Part shown: positions 18,352 to 28,284 of the stretch, piece by piece
How the letters are laid out: each line of letters opens with the position of its first letter
Position numbering within the stretch: position 1 is the stretch's first letter
NCBI GenBank assembly: GCA_027491435.1
Contig: JAOZFG010000009.1
Coordinates: 1 to 33,708 of the forward strand
From: Thermoproteota archaeon
GTDB lineage: Archaea > Korarchaeota > Korarchaeia > Korarchaeales > Korarchaeaceae
Direction of reading: 5' to 3'
DNA length: 33,708 nucleotides
Position numbers and translations under genes: made by a program
Notes under the pieces: model-generated
What the model saw: only the letters and a program-made list of their open reading frames with translations
Told to the model about the DNA's origin: nothing
Database searches by the model: none

Positions 18352-19455
18352 ATGACGCATTTAAGGGCCTTATTCACGCCTAAAGATCCTTTAGAAGATG
18401 CAGAGAGGGCGGCTATGGCTTCTTTGAGGAGAGGAGGTGTTAGCAGCGTTATCTGGGTGGTAACCGAGAGGTGCAATCTCAGGTGTGTCCACTGCTACGA
18501 AGGGGGCAGAGAGCTACCCAAGGAGCTCGGCAAGGAGGAAGCTTTGAAAGTCGTAGATAAGCTATATGAAGCCGGAAAACCGCTTACCTTCATATCCGGA
18601 GGGGAACCTCTGCTTAGAGACGATATAATGGAGATACTGGGCAGGCTGAAAGATCTGGGATTTAGGGTGATTCTTAGCACTAACGGAACCTTAGTTACAC
18701 GTGAAGTGGCCAAAGAGCTGTCTAGAATAGGGGTGGACAACGTGGCAATACCCCTTTACGGGCCTAGGGAGTTCCACGACAGCTTCACAAGGGTGCCTGG
18801 ATCGCACGATAAGGTGATTAACTCGCTGAAACTCCTGAGCGATTTGGGGGTTGGATTAACCGTTAAGACGGTAGTCGCCAAGAGCGTGATGCCTCACATC
18901 AACTACATATTCGACGTGGCCGAGCAATATGGTGCTAGAGCTGTGTACCTCTGTGATTTCATTCCTATAGGGAGGGGGGCTTATCTCAAGCACGAGGTTC
19001 CGACTAAGGATCAATGGAGGAGCCTCCTAGACTCATTTATAGAGAAGATGATCCTGGGGAACGAATACGACGGCGTGGAGATAGATATAGGGCTTCACCC
19101 CTCCACGGCCATATACGTCATGAGGAGGTTGGAGGAGCTGGGATATGACGTGTCTCAGGCCAGGAGTAAAATGGAGAGAAGAAGGCTTTCTGTGGAGGGT
19201 AGAGGTTTCCTATCCATATCCCCTCAGGGAGACGTTCTTTTAAGCAATTACCTGCCGATAAAACTGGGCAACGTGCTTGAGGACGACTTGAAGGAGATCC
19301 TCGAGAACCCCATATACAGGGATGCCGGCGATTCGAGTAAGTTGAAGGGGAAGTGTGGTTCTTGCCCTTACAAGGAGCTCTGTGGAGGGTCCAGGGTAAA
19401 GGCCTTCGTCTACACTGGAGATCTGCTCGGGGAGGATCCGACTTGCGTCATATGA
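18352..19455 (+). CDS. Radical SAM/SPASM protein, Ahb/NirJ-like
   Basis: VIWVVTERCNLRCVHCY, SGGEPL and KGKC..C.Y...CGGSR...EDP.C motifs. Confidence 0.88.
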   Translation: MTHLRALFTPKDPLEDAERAAMASLRRGGVSSVIWVVTERCNLRCVHCYEGGRELPKELGKEEALKVVDKLYEAGKPLTFISGGEPLLRDDIMEILGRLKDLGFRVILSTNGTLVTREVAKELSRIGVDNVAIPLYGPREFHDSFTRVPGSHDKVINSLKLLSDLGVGLTVKTVVAKSVMPHINYIFDVAEQYGARAVYLCDFIPIGRGAYLKHEVPTKDQWRSLLDSFIEKMILGNEYDGVEIDIGLHPSTAIYVMRRLEELGYDVSQARSKMERRRLSVEGRGFLSISPQGDVLLSNYLPIKLGNVLEDDLKEILENPIYRDAGDSSKLKGKCGSCPYKELCGGSRVKAFVYTGDLLGEDPTCVI

Positions 19456-20546
19456 ACTTCAACGAGAGGCCCATCCTGGTCTTCTGGGAGACCACCAAGG
19501 CGTGTAAGTTGAAGTGCAAACACTGCAGGGCAGAGGCGATACCTGAGCCGCTGCCTGGTGAGCTGACCACTGAAGAGGGCTTCAAACTCATCGAGGAGCT
19601 GACTAAGTTCGGGAAGCCTTATCCGATCCTCATATTAACTGGAGGCGATCCTATGCTCAGGCCCGACCTTGAAGAGCTGCTGACCTATGCTGAAAGTAAG
19701 GGCGTAAAGGTGGGAGTGGCCCCTGCCGTAACGGAGCTTCTGAAGGAGAGGTTAAACCTACTCAGAAAGCATGGAGTTAGGTACATATCAATAAGCCTGG
19801 ACGGCATGAAGGAGACCCATGAGAGGATAAGAGGTGTAGATGGCCACTTTAAAGAAACGGTAGAGCTGCTCAAATCGCTAAAGGGGGATTGGATGCTGCA
19901 GGTCAACACGCTCGTCTCCAAGGAGACGGTAAACGACCTTCCCAAGGTGGCCAAACTGTTAAAGGACTTGGGTATAAACGTGTGGGAGCTCTTCTTCCTG
20001 GTTAAAGTCGGAAGAGGGACTGAGCTTGAAGAGCTCACCCCCGAGGAGAATAGAGACGTCTCTCACTTCCTATTCGAGGTTTCTAGGTATGGATTCGAGG
20101 TAAGGACCGTAGAAGCTCCTTTCTTCAGGAGGGTCTACTTGACCAGGTTAAGAGATGGGCTTAGCGACTTGAAGGAGGTTGTTGAGCGTTATAGCCTAGG
20201 AGAGCTGTACGTAAAATTAACAAAAGAGCTTATTAGTTTGCTAGGTGAGCCAGGCAAGCCCAAAGAGCTTAAATCGGCCTTCACGAGGGATGGATATGGT
20301 GTAATATTCGTATCTTATGATGGCAACGTCTATCCAAGCGGATTCGCCCCTTATAGCTTGGGAAACGTCAAAGAGGATAGCCTGGTCAGTATATACAGGA
20401 GCCATCCCGTACTGATTAAGATAAGGGCTGGGGAATTCAAAGGGAAGTGTGGAACCTGTGAGTACAGGGAGGTATGTGGGGGAAGCAGAGCTAGGGCCCT
20501 GGCCGCAGGAGACATACTCGGGGAGGACCCTGGCTGCCCATTTTAG
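19452..20546 (+). CDS. Radical SAM protein, TIGR04053/AhbD-like
   Basis: P.LVFWETTKACKLKCKHCRAEA, TGGDP, RTVEAPFFRR and VYPSGF motifs. Starts at 19452 by ATGA overlap. Confidence 0.9.
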   Translation: MNFNERPILVFWETTKACKLKCKHCRAEAIPEPLPGELTTEEGFKLIEELTKFGKPYPILILTGGDPMLRPDLEELLTYAESKGVKVGVAPAVTELLKERLNLLRKHGVRYISISLDGMKETHERIRGVDGHFKETVELLKSLKGDWMLQVNTLVSKETVNDLPKVAKLLKDLGINVWELFFLVKVGRGTELEELTPEENRDVSHFLFEVSRYGFEVRTVEAPFFRRVYLTRLRDGLSDLKEVVERYSLGELYVKLTKELISLLGEPGKPKELKSAFTRDGYGVIFVSYDGNVYPSGFAPYSLGNVKEDSLVSIYRSHPVLIKIRAGEFKGKCGTCEYREVCGGSRARALAAGDILGEDPGCPF

Positions 20547-20718
20547 TGAGAGAGCTAATACATCCAGTCAATTGATAACATCCAGGTCCTCCAACACTAT
20601 TATCTCATAAAAACCCACTTTTATTATATTCATTTAACTACAACTTGGATCGTATTAGAACTTTCGAAATCAGAGGGAAAGTTTATTTTGTAGGAGACCC
20701 CTTAGTCCAGGTGCATTG

Positions 20719-22179
20719 ATGAATCGTATCTACGTATACATATTAATTATTTCACTCGTAATGCCCCTAACCCTAATATGGGTGGGCGGCGTTCCCCCAA
20801 CTGAAGTCAAGTTGATCCCCCTGGACGTAAGGGAGAGGTCGGGGAGGGACCTGCATAACTACACGGTAAGCGTATACTTAAGGAATTGCGATAATTATGA
20901 GGCGATAGATGAAGAGGGTAACGTCCTCAACACTTTCTGTGACCATGGAAGGCTCTGGATTAAAGTTCCATGGATACCGGCCAACGGCAACGTCACGGTT
21001 TACCTGAGGAAGGGCAAGCCGGGAAGGGCTCAGGACGTATTCCTGCATTACGACGGGTTCGACACCTTGCCAGATTACAGATTAGTTGATTACGCCTTCG
21101 TTATTCAGGGAAAGACCTATTACTGGTATCCATACGTGGTGGGCAATGAGAAGACGTCCCCTAGCCTCAAGGTGTGTAAGAAAGTCAAAGTGTTCACTTA
21201 TAACGGAGAGCTTAGGGCCACCAGGTATGACATATGCGAGCTCGAAATACTGCTTAGGATATTAAAGGTTCCTGATGATGCCGGCATAAGGGTAGACTTC
21301 AGGGGCACCATCATGAGTAAAAGCAAGGACAAGGATCTGTCCTTGGGACTGTTCGGGTTTTCCGGGCCGACGAGTATGGAAAACGTCACCTCAGATGTGA
21401 TAAACAGGTGGCTGGGCTTCTACCATTACTACCACTATAGTTATACACAGAGCGGCGATAGCGGTTGGAGGTTTGCCCTTTACAAGGAAATCTATAGAAA
21501 GGGCTTCTCTACCTACAACACGCTTAAGATTAAGAGGACTCGCCTGGCCATAGACTCACCTCACGTTTACGGGGTAGCCTATTTCAACCAAAAGGTGTAC
21601 GGATTTGTTGATGAGAAGCTGGTTATATCAGCTGAATCAGGTAAATTTGATAACGAATACGTGGGAGTTTTCATAGGGTTTGATCTAGACTTAACAGGAG
21701 CCGAATACGAGTTGGGGATTAGGCCTGACATAATAGGGTCCGCTGATTGGATAATGGTCAGAAAGTTCGTGGATCCCGAGCCTAGGGTTACTATTAAGGA
21801 GCCCATACTGCCGCAAACTCCCAGCCAGACCCAAACAACGCAAACTCAGACGGAAGAGCAGATAGAAGAGATGACGAAAAGCTTTACGGTGATAACAGAG
21901 ACCGTGACTGAGGGGAGCACTCAATGGACCCCCAAGACCGAGGCTCAAGAAACTACAACTACGCAGCCCACAGTTAAACAGCAAGAGGAGCAGAGCTCTC
22001 CTCTTGAGACCACAGTTAAGGAGACGTCCCAAGTTAAGGAGACTCCCTCCGAGGTGACCATTACTACTACGGAACAGGCGGAAGGCGTCCCTGGGGCTGA
22101 ACTGGCGATGCCCGTAATGCTGATAATACTGATAGTGACCGCCTTGCTGCTCCTAGGTAGGGGGAGGAGGGGCTTCTAA
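20719..22179 (+). CDS. DUF2341-type secreted surface protein with Thr/Gln/Glu-rich stalk and C-terminal anchor
   Basis: Signal peptide; WIKVP.IPA.G..TVYL, VF..YD.F and DWI.VRK...PEP motifs; low-complexity linker; TM followed by an Arg-rich tail. Confidence 0.85.
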   Translation: MNRIYVYILIISLVMPLTLIWVGGVPPTEVKLIPLDVRERSGRDLHNYTVSVYLRNCDNYEAIDEEGNVLNTFCDHGRLWIKVPWIPANGNVTVYLRKGKPGRAQDVFLHYDGFDTLPDYRLVDYAFVIQGKTYYWYPYVVGNEKTSPSLKVCKKVKVFTYNGELRATRYDICELEILLRILKVPDDAGIRVDFRGTIMSKSKDKDLSLGLFGFSGPTSMENVTSDVINRWLGFYHYYHYSYTQSGDSGWRFALYKEIYRKGFSTYNTLKIKRTRLAIDSPHVYGVAYFNQKVYGFVDEKLVISAESGKFDNEYVGVFIGFDLDLTGAEYELGIRPDIIGSADWIMVRKFVDPEPRVTIKEPILPQTPSQTQTTQTQTEEQIEEMTKSFTVITETVTEGSTQWTPKTEAQETTTTQPTVKQQEEQSSPLETTVKETSQVKETPSEVTITTTEQAEGVPGAELAMPVMLIILIVTALLLLGRGRRGF

Positions 22180-22249
22180 CCTTTTTTCTGCTCGCTCGAT
22201 GAAGGTGGAAACATCAAATAGGATCAACGCTTTGTTTAAGGGGGGCTAA

Positions 22250-23968
22250 TTGAAACTTAAGCCCAGAGATTACCAGAGAGAAGCGGTTGATTGGGCGTTG
22301 AATGAAGGGAGAGCCGTTGTCGTAATGCCTACTGGAACTGGGAAGACGTTAGTGGCTTCCATGTGGGTAGATGAACTTATGAGAAGTGGTAAAGTGAGAA
22401 AAGCCTTATTTCTAGAGCCTACTCGTTTTTTAGTAGAGCAGAGCGCCAGATTTCTTAGGGAACAAGGGCTGGACGCATCTCCTGTTCATGGAAGCCTACC
22501 TAAAAGTCTGAGACGTGAGGGGTGGGCCAGCAAGGTGGTAGTAGCTACCCCGGAAGTTGTTCTTTCTGATTGGGACAGGTTCAAGAGCGAGAAGTTTGAC
22601 GCAGTGGTGGTGGACGAGTGCCACCACACGACTGGGAAGGACGCCTACCTTAAGGTAGTGAAACATGGGAGGTTCGAATACAGGCTAGGGTTAAGCGCTT
22701 ACGTCCCTCCCTCCAGGAGGAAAGAAATTGAGGAGAACATAGGTAAGATAAGGAGTTGGAGCTGGAGCGATCCCAGGATAGCTCCATACATACCGGAGTG
22801 GGAAGCCGAGGTTTACGAAGCCCCTTTAAACCCGGAGGAGTTCTCCCTCTACGAGGCCATGGAATCCTTATGGGAGTCCCATCACGGACCTGACAGGGCG
22901 CTCTTGGGCAACGCCATAAGGTGGTTCGTTAGGGATGGAGCCTTAGCCTTGCTCGAGTCCATAGAGAACAGCGAGAGGCTGGCTGACCTGCTAAAAGACC
23001 TGAGAAGGGATGTCATGACCGTTAGACCACTCCACAAGCTGGGTTCATTGATGAGAGTCCTGAATGATCACGAGGGGTTTGAAAAGTCGATAATATTTGT
23101 GGAAAGGGTGTCTGTGGCTGAGGCCTTGGCTGAGAAGTTAAGCACGGACGTCCTTATACTGGGGAGGAGGAAGGTGAACCCTAAAGAGGCCATAGCCAAG
23201 GCAAAAATGCCGGAAAACAGGATTATAATTTCCACTAGCGCCGGGGAGGAGGGCATAGACCTCCCTGAAGCTGACCTGCTAATTATCTGGAGCAACGTTG
23301 CCAGCCCCTTAAGGTTCATACAGAGGATTGGGAGGGTGCTTAGGGCCGGCTTAGAGAGGAGGTACAAGTGGGTAGTTTTCCTGGTCACCCCAGATACCGT
23401 TGACGTGGATAGCCTTATAGACGGCCTCCTACAGGCTAAGATGGCAGGAGTATCAGTCAACATAAGCGAGGAGGTCGTAGAATACGTCTGGAGTTTAAGC
23501 AGGAGGAGGAAGTTCTTAGACGCTTTAGACGAGGAGCCTATGCCAGCGGACGTTTTATCAAAGGCTCTGGGGGCCCCGATCAGCAGGACAAGGGAGGCGT
23601 TAAGGTGGCTATGCTCTAGGGGACTAGCCTTCTACATTTTTACGCCTGTCGGCAAGGTATACTTTACAAAGAATTCCTTGAAAAAGTTAAAGGTTAAGTT
23701 TAGGGAGTACCTAGAACCTGACCAGATAGAAGCTAAAGTTAGGGTGAGAAACGATAGGGAATTATCTGTAAGGGGAGGTTACGAGAGAGTTAAAAGGAGG
23801 TTAGCCAAGGTAGGGGCCGTGAGCTGGTTGCACTTCTCAACTGCGCTCATGAGCGGAGGAGTTGAGAGGCTGGTAAACTTAACCTATAACTTTAGGGTTG
23901 AAGACAGAGAGATCCTAGATATTATCCTCAGGAACGCTTACAGTGTCAAGAAGTTTTACCTGTCTTGA
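22250..23968 (+). CDS. SF2 helicase, Hef/Mph1-like, with C-terminal wHTH-like region
   Basis: PRDYQ, MPTGTGKT, DECHH, STSAGEEGIDLP and FIQRIGR motifs; TTG start. Confidence 0.9.
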   Translation: MKLKPRDYQREAVDWALNEGRAVVVMPTGTGKTLVASMWVDELMRSGKVRKALFLEPTRFLVEQSARFLREQGLDASPVHGSLPKSLRREGWASKVVVATPEVVLSDWDRFKSEKFDAVVVDECHHTTGKDAYLKVVKHGRFEYRLGLSAYVPPSRRKEIEENIGKIRSWSWSDPRIAPYIPEWEAEVYEAPLNPEEFSLYEAMESLWESHHGPDRALLGNAIRWFVRDGALALLESIENSERLADLLKDLRRDVMTVRPLHKLGSLMRVLNDHEGFEKSIIFVERVSVAEALAEKLSTDVLILGRRKVNPKEAIAKAKMPENRIIISTSAGEEGIDLPEADLLIIWSNVASPLRFIQRIGRVLRAGLERRYKWVVFLVTPDTVDVDSLIDGLLQAKMAGVSVNISEEVVEYVWSLSRRRKFLDALDEEPMPADVLSKALGAPISRTREALRWLCSRGLAFYIFTPVGKVYFTKNSLKKLKVKFREYLEPDQIEAKVRVRNDRELSVRGGYERVKRRLAKVGAVSWLHFSTALMSGGVERLVNLTYNFRVEDREILDIILRNAYSVKKFYLS

Positions 23969-24009
23969 GGGTGATCAAAGCTTACCTTAAGCTGACAGCA
24001 CCTTAAGGC

Positions 24010-24259
24010 ACTCCCATAGCTAGGTGGTTGTCTGTCCTCTGTCTCAACTAGTATTGCTTTGATGAGAGCCTCTCTAATCCTGGGGTCTCTCCAGAACTTT
24101 TGGTCTGCCTCTAATGCCTCCCAAAGCCACTATCCCTAGCCTCAAACCATTTCCTGCCGAGCTTTCGAACCATCTCTGCCTCCCATCGGGCGTGACGCAC
24201 AACGTCCTCCAAGTTACGGAGCCTATCTTTTCTAACTCTTCAAGTAATTCCTCACTCAC
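24010..24259 (-). pseudogene. Frameshifted small protein (partner of the nucleotidyltransferase-like gene)
   Basis: Joining frames gives MSEELLEELE / KDRLRNLEDVVRHARWEAEMVRKLGRKWFEARD / WLWEALEADQKFWRDPRIREALIKAIL. Confidence 0.5.
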
Positions 24260-24265
24260 TCGAAC

Positions 24266-24533
24266 TCACCTCTCTACCATGTTACAATCAACTTCAAATC
24301 TTCTACACCAAATTAAGAGCTCTTAAAGTCTTATAACTTCCCTAAACAAAGTGTATAGGAAGACTGCATCCCCAACGTCCGTATCGGAGTTGAGATAAAG
24401 CTCATACACTATCTGGAGCTCTAGAGACGAGACCCTAACGACAGGTTCATCGTTTACAATGACCCTGAAACTATTGCTCATAGCGCGTCTATGGATGCCT
24501 GTCTTCGCCAGCCTTAGCTTCCACGCTAGGTAC
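24266..24533 (-). pseudogene. C-terminal remnant of an archaeal nucleotidyltransferase-like protein
   Basis: Reads RVIVNDEPVVRVSSLELQIVYELYLNSDTDVGDAVFLYTLF with an in-frame TAA at 24323-24325. Resembles the recalled archaeal motif SPLELQIAYKLYLGS.KD.EDA. The 5' half is missing. Confidence 0.6.
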
Positions 24534-24577
24534 TATTATATCTCCACACATAAACCTCACATTATAGCCCTCCGCAA

Positions 24578-24755
24578 GGAGGCTTAAGAGGTAAAGGGGG
24601 TTCGACTTCTTTTACAGAAGCGTATTAACAGCTGGAAAGGCTTTACAGGTTCGGTCTCTACAACCCCTTTGTCACCTAGGGGGGTTGGAGCACTTGGCAG
24701 CCTGTAGCTGAAGATGCTCATGCTAGTGACAAAGTTAGCCTCAAGTTGACAGCGC
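24578..24755 (+). mobile_element. IS6-like 3' end remnant
   Basis: 24692-24712 matches 15273-15293 at 18 of 21 nt; the segment ends in CTCAAGTTGACAGCGC. Confidence 0.55.
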
Positions 24756-24922
24756 CTATTGAGCTAATGTGCTAGCCACCAGAGGTTCTTCAAGGGCTTT
24801 GAAGCTGCTTAATACCTATTGTAACAGGAGCTAGCGTTGAAGGCGACTGGTTTACAGCCCGTCTTAACTATTCAACGTGGGCTGACTAGAAACTTTTTTC
24901 TTTAGCCCGTCGGTAAGGCAGG

Positions 24923-25591
24923 ATGCTCGGAACCTTAATCAATGCCTTAACTGTCCTGCTAGGAAGCGCTGCTGGGCTGCTTGTTAGGAAGAAGGTGAAG
25001 ACTGGCTTCGTGTTCGATGTTGTAGGCTTATTCACTTTTTACTTAGGGGTAGACATGGCCCTCAAGACCTCTAACCCAGTTGGGCTCATATTGGGGCTGC
25101 TTTTAGGAACTGCCGTCGGGGAAAAGCTCTCTCTAGACACTAGAGTAAAGAACTGGGCTGAAAACCTAAGAAGGAAAGTTGGAGGTGACTCCCTGTTCGT
25201 TGAGGGCATGATGACAGCCTTCATAACCTTCTGCGTGGGCCCTATGACCGTAGTCGGGGCTTTAAAGGACGGGATGGGTGACCCTTCCATAATAATGGCG
25301 AAGGCCGTGATGGACGGCTTCACTTCAGCGGCCTACGCATCTGCGATGGGAATAGGGGTTCTGTTCTCAGTTATCCCCCTGCTGATCTTTCAGGGAGGTT
25401 TAGCTCTAGTGGGCTCTTTAATCGGCCTCTCCCTACCTGTTAGCGCTGTAGCTGATCTAACGGGTGCTGGGGGGGTTATCTTGCTGGGGCTGGCCTTGGA
25501 CCTACTCAAGGTTAAGGAAGTTAGGGTTACCAACATGCTGCCCTCCTTGATCACCGTGCCTCTAACCTCTGCCATCCTCGCGTTATGGTAA
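24923..25591 (+). CDS. DUF554-family membrane protein
   Basis: MLGTLIN, FCVGPMTVVG, KAVMDG and NMLPSL motifs. Confidence 0.92.
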   Translation: MLGTLINALTVLLGSAAGLLVRKKVKTGFVFDVVGLFTFYLGVDMALKTSNPVGLILGLLLGTAVGEKLSLDTRVKNWAENLRRKVGGDSLFVEGMMTAFITFCVGPMTVVGALKDGMGDPSIIMAKAVMDGFTSAAYASAMGIGVLFSVIPLLIFQGGLALVGSLIGLSLPVSAVADLTGAGGVILLGLALDLLKVKEVRVTNMLPSLITVPLTSAILALW

Positions 25592-25624
25592 TAAATTGTC
25601 ATCGCTTCCAATGATGGAATCTAA

Positions 25625-27370
25625 ATGATCGTCCCTGAGAGAAGGGAGGACAGGTGGAAGAAGCTTAAGAGAGTGGCTGGCAGGTACGGCAAGATAGAGG
25701 TCCTCTCCGTATTCGTGGGGCTGATCTCCGGGATCTCGGCGGTGGCCTTGGACGCTGCCATCTCCGAGTTCAGGGACTTTCTGGAGTACCTAGAGAGCAC
25801 CTTCACGTTGGGCCCTGTGGACGTTGGGCTCCTGCTGGCTCCGGCAGTAGGTGGGTTAGTGTCGGGGATAATAGTTTGGAGGATAGCTCCAGAGGTTAAG
25901 GGGCACGGGATTCCCAGCGTCCTGGAGGCGTTCCTGTTCAGGAGGGGGATCATAAGGCTCAGAGTGCCCGTAACTAGGATACTAGCCTCGGGAGCCCTGA
26001 TAGGAATGGGAGGGAGCGCCGGAAGGGAGGGACCTATTGGACAGGTGGGCGCGGGAGTTGGATCGGCTGTAGCGCAGTTGTTTAAACTCCCTGAGAGGGC
26101 TAGGAAAATACTGCTGATGTCAGGCCTCTCAGCGGGTATATCAGCGGCCTTCGACACACCGCTAGGCGGAGTACTGTTCGGGGTGGAAGTTATAACCGGA
26201 GCCATATATCCCCTGGAGCTCATACCTATATTCCTAGCTTCAATATCCGCAGTTTCCCTGTCCTGGACCCTTAGGGGAGAGGAACCCATAATTAAAGTTC
26301 CCAAGATGGGGATACCGACCACAGCGGAGGTTTTGGCCCTCCTGGCTCTGGGATCTGTGGTAGCGCTGGTGGCTAAGCTCTGGGTTGATTCCCTCTACTG
26401 GGCCGAGGACTCCTTCAACAAAGTTAAGTTGCCGACCTGGGTCAAACCAGCCATAGGCGGGTTAGGAACTGGAGCTATAGCCTTCTGGTCCTTGGGTTGG
26501 GGGATAATGGGGCCTGGCTTCGATGGGTTGAACAGGATAATAAACGACGAAGTTTACCTACTCTTCCTCCTGCTGTTGGCCTCCATGAAGATAGTTGCCA
26601 CCTCCCTATCTATAGGGTCAGGCGGATCTGGTGGCATTTTTACCCCTACCCTCTTCATAGGGGCTGCCGTAGGGTCTGCTTTTGGTCACCTTCTAAACCA
26701 CTTGAGCCCGGGGACGTTCCCCAGGCCTGAGCTCTTCGCAGTCGCCGGCATGGCCGCGCACTTCTCGGCGGCCGCTAGGGCGCCCCTGACTGCGGTCGTG
26801 CTGACGATGGAGTTGGGCAGGGATTACGCCTTGATACCCTCCCTACTAGCCGCATGCTCTACCTCTTACTTCCTCTCCCTCATATTGATGGATTACACGA
26901 TGTACACCAGGGAGCTTGAGGAGAAGGGCGAGAGGGTGCCAATAGCCGGGCTTGAGGTGCTTGATCACGTTAAGGTGGAGGAGATAATGGCCAGGGATGT
27001 GGTGACGGTTTCGCCAGAAGATACCCTGGATAAGGTGCACGACCTAATAATGAAGACCCACCATCAGGGCTTCCCTGTGGTGGAGGGTAAAGACCTCAGG
27101 GGCATGATAGCCTTCTCAGATATAATGATGGTGCACAGGAAGCTCTGGCCTAGGGTGAAGGTGAAGGACGTCATGAGGAAGAACGTCATAAAGGTTAGCC
27201 CGGATGAGACGGCTCATTCAGCTGCACTTAAAATGCTTAGATGTGACGTGGGGAGGCTTCCAGTAGTAAAGGACGGGAAGCTCGTTGGAATAGTGACTAG
27301 AAGTGACGTTCTGAGGGCCTATAGTAAGGCGGTACACCTCAAGGACTCCGAGGAGGCGGCTGAGCTCTAA
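25625..27370 (+). CDS. ClC chloride channel/antiporter with tandem CBS domains
   Basis: GHGIP, GREGP and GGIFTP signatures; two CBS repeats. Confidence 0.95.
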   Translation: MIVPERREDRWKKLKRVAGRYGKIEVLSVFVGLISGISAVALDAAISEFRDFLEYLESTFTLGPVDVGLLLAPAVGGLVSGIIVWRIAPEVKGHGIPSVLEAFLFRRGIIRLRVPVTRILASGALIGMGGSAGREGPIGQVGAGVGSAVAQLFKLPERARKILLMSGLSAGISAAFDTPLGGVLFGVEVITGAIYPLELIPIFLASISAVSLSWTLRGEEPIIKVPKMGIPTTAEVLALLALGSVVALVAKLWVDSLYWAEDSFNKVKLPTWVKPAIGGLGTGAIAFWSLGWGIMGPGFDGLNRIINDEVYLLFLLLLASMKIVATSLSIGSGGSGGIFTPTLFIGAAVGSAFGHLLNHLSPGTFPRPELFAVAGMAAHFSAAARAPLTAVVLTMELGRDYALIPSLLAACSTSYFLSLILMDYTMYTRELEEKGERVPIAGLEVLDHVKVEEIMARDVVTVSPEDTLDKVHDLIMKTHHQGFPVVEGKDLRGMIAFSDIMMVHRKLWPRVKVKDVMRKNVIKVSPDETAHSAALKMLRCDVGRLPVVKDGKLVGIVTRSDVLRAYSKAVHLKDSEEAAEL

Positions 27371-27431
27371 CTTTATATATACCTACCTCCACCTTACGGA
27401 GGGCGGGCGAATACGGGTAGGGACTTCACAT

Positions 27432-28253
27432 ATGAACACACCACACCTTCCCACCGATCCAACCGCCCGCCCCCCCATCACCAGGAGGGCATTTCTCAAA
27501 TCTCTCATGTTGGTTGGGCTCTCAACTCTGCCCATTTCAACCCATGACACCCTAAGCTTGGAAGTTAATCACGTTAAGATTAGGCTAAACCTAGGCCGGA
27601 GGCTGAGGATAGGAATAGTAACAGACGCTCACCTCCACACCTGGGGACCCTGGGAGAGCAGGCTCAAGTCCTTACTGGATTCGGTGGCTAAATCAGTTGA
27701 CTTGATGGTGGTTTTAGGGGACATGTACGACTCGGCCACCCCAGACCTCGACCTGTTACCTAAACTTCTCAGTTTGAAGGTCCCTTCAATGGGAGTTCTC
27801 GGTAACCACGAGATTTGGGCTGATAAGCAGGGCTTTCACAGTCTCTCCCATGGTCTAGAAGTTTATGAGGAGGCGGGGGTTACGGTACTGAGGAATGAGG
27901 TGGTGAGCTTTAAAGGGGTTAAAGTAGGTGGAGTAGGTTGGCTCTACTCCATAGATCCAAAATTAATAGACGAGTTAGGCGAGGTGGACGTGCTCCTATC
28001 GCATACCCCGGACATAGTTGCTTTCTCTCCAAGAGCTAAGCTGATCCTTTCGGGACACACCCATGGAGGACAGATATGCCTTCCCTTCGAGGTTCCTTTG
28101 TTCGTCCCGAGCAGGTTCGGCACCAAGTACTCCAAGGGACTTCATAGAGTAGGTCCCTCCCACCTGTACGTCAGTAAGGGGGTTGGGGAGAGCTACGTCC
28201 TTCCAATGAGGACTTTCTGTCGCAGGGAGCTAACCGTAATAGAGCTGAGTTAG
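27432..28253 (+). CDS. Tat-exported calcineurin-like metallophosphoesterase (YkuE-like)
   Basis: TRRAFLK Tat motif; D.H, GD.YD, GNHE, SHTPD and GHTHGGQ motifs. Confidence 0.92.
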   Translation: MNTPHLPTDPTARPPITRRAFLKSLMLVGLSTLPISTHDTLSLEVNHVKIRLNLGRRLRIGIVTDAHLHTWGPWESRLKSLLDSVAKSVDLMVVLGDMYDSATPDLDLLPKLLSLKVPSMGVLGNHEIWADKQGFHSLSHGLEVYEEAGVTVLRNEVVSFKGVKVGGVGWLYSIDPKLIDELGEVDVLLSHTPDIVAFSPRAKLILSGHTHGGQICLPFEVPLFVPSRFGTKYSKGLHRVGPSHLYVSKGVGESYVLPMRTFCRRELTVIELS

Positions 28254-28284
28254 TTTTTAAGTTGAAACTTCCTTTGAGGGGTGG

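Noticed and set aside
25621-26322. 233-aa antisense ORF and the other shadow ORFs (e.g. 380-802, 11222-11641, 23068-23463)
   Set aside because: They lie wholly opposite well-supported genes and have antisense-typical Ser/Leu/Pro-rich composition.
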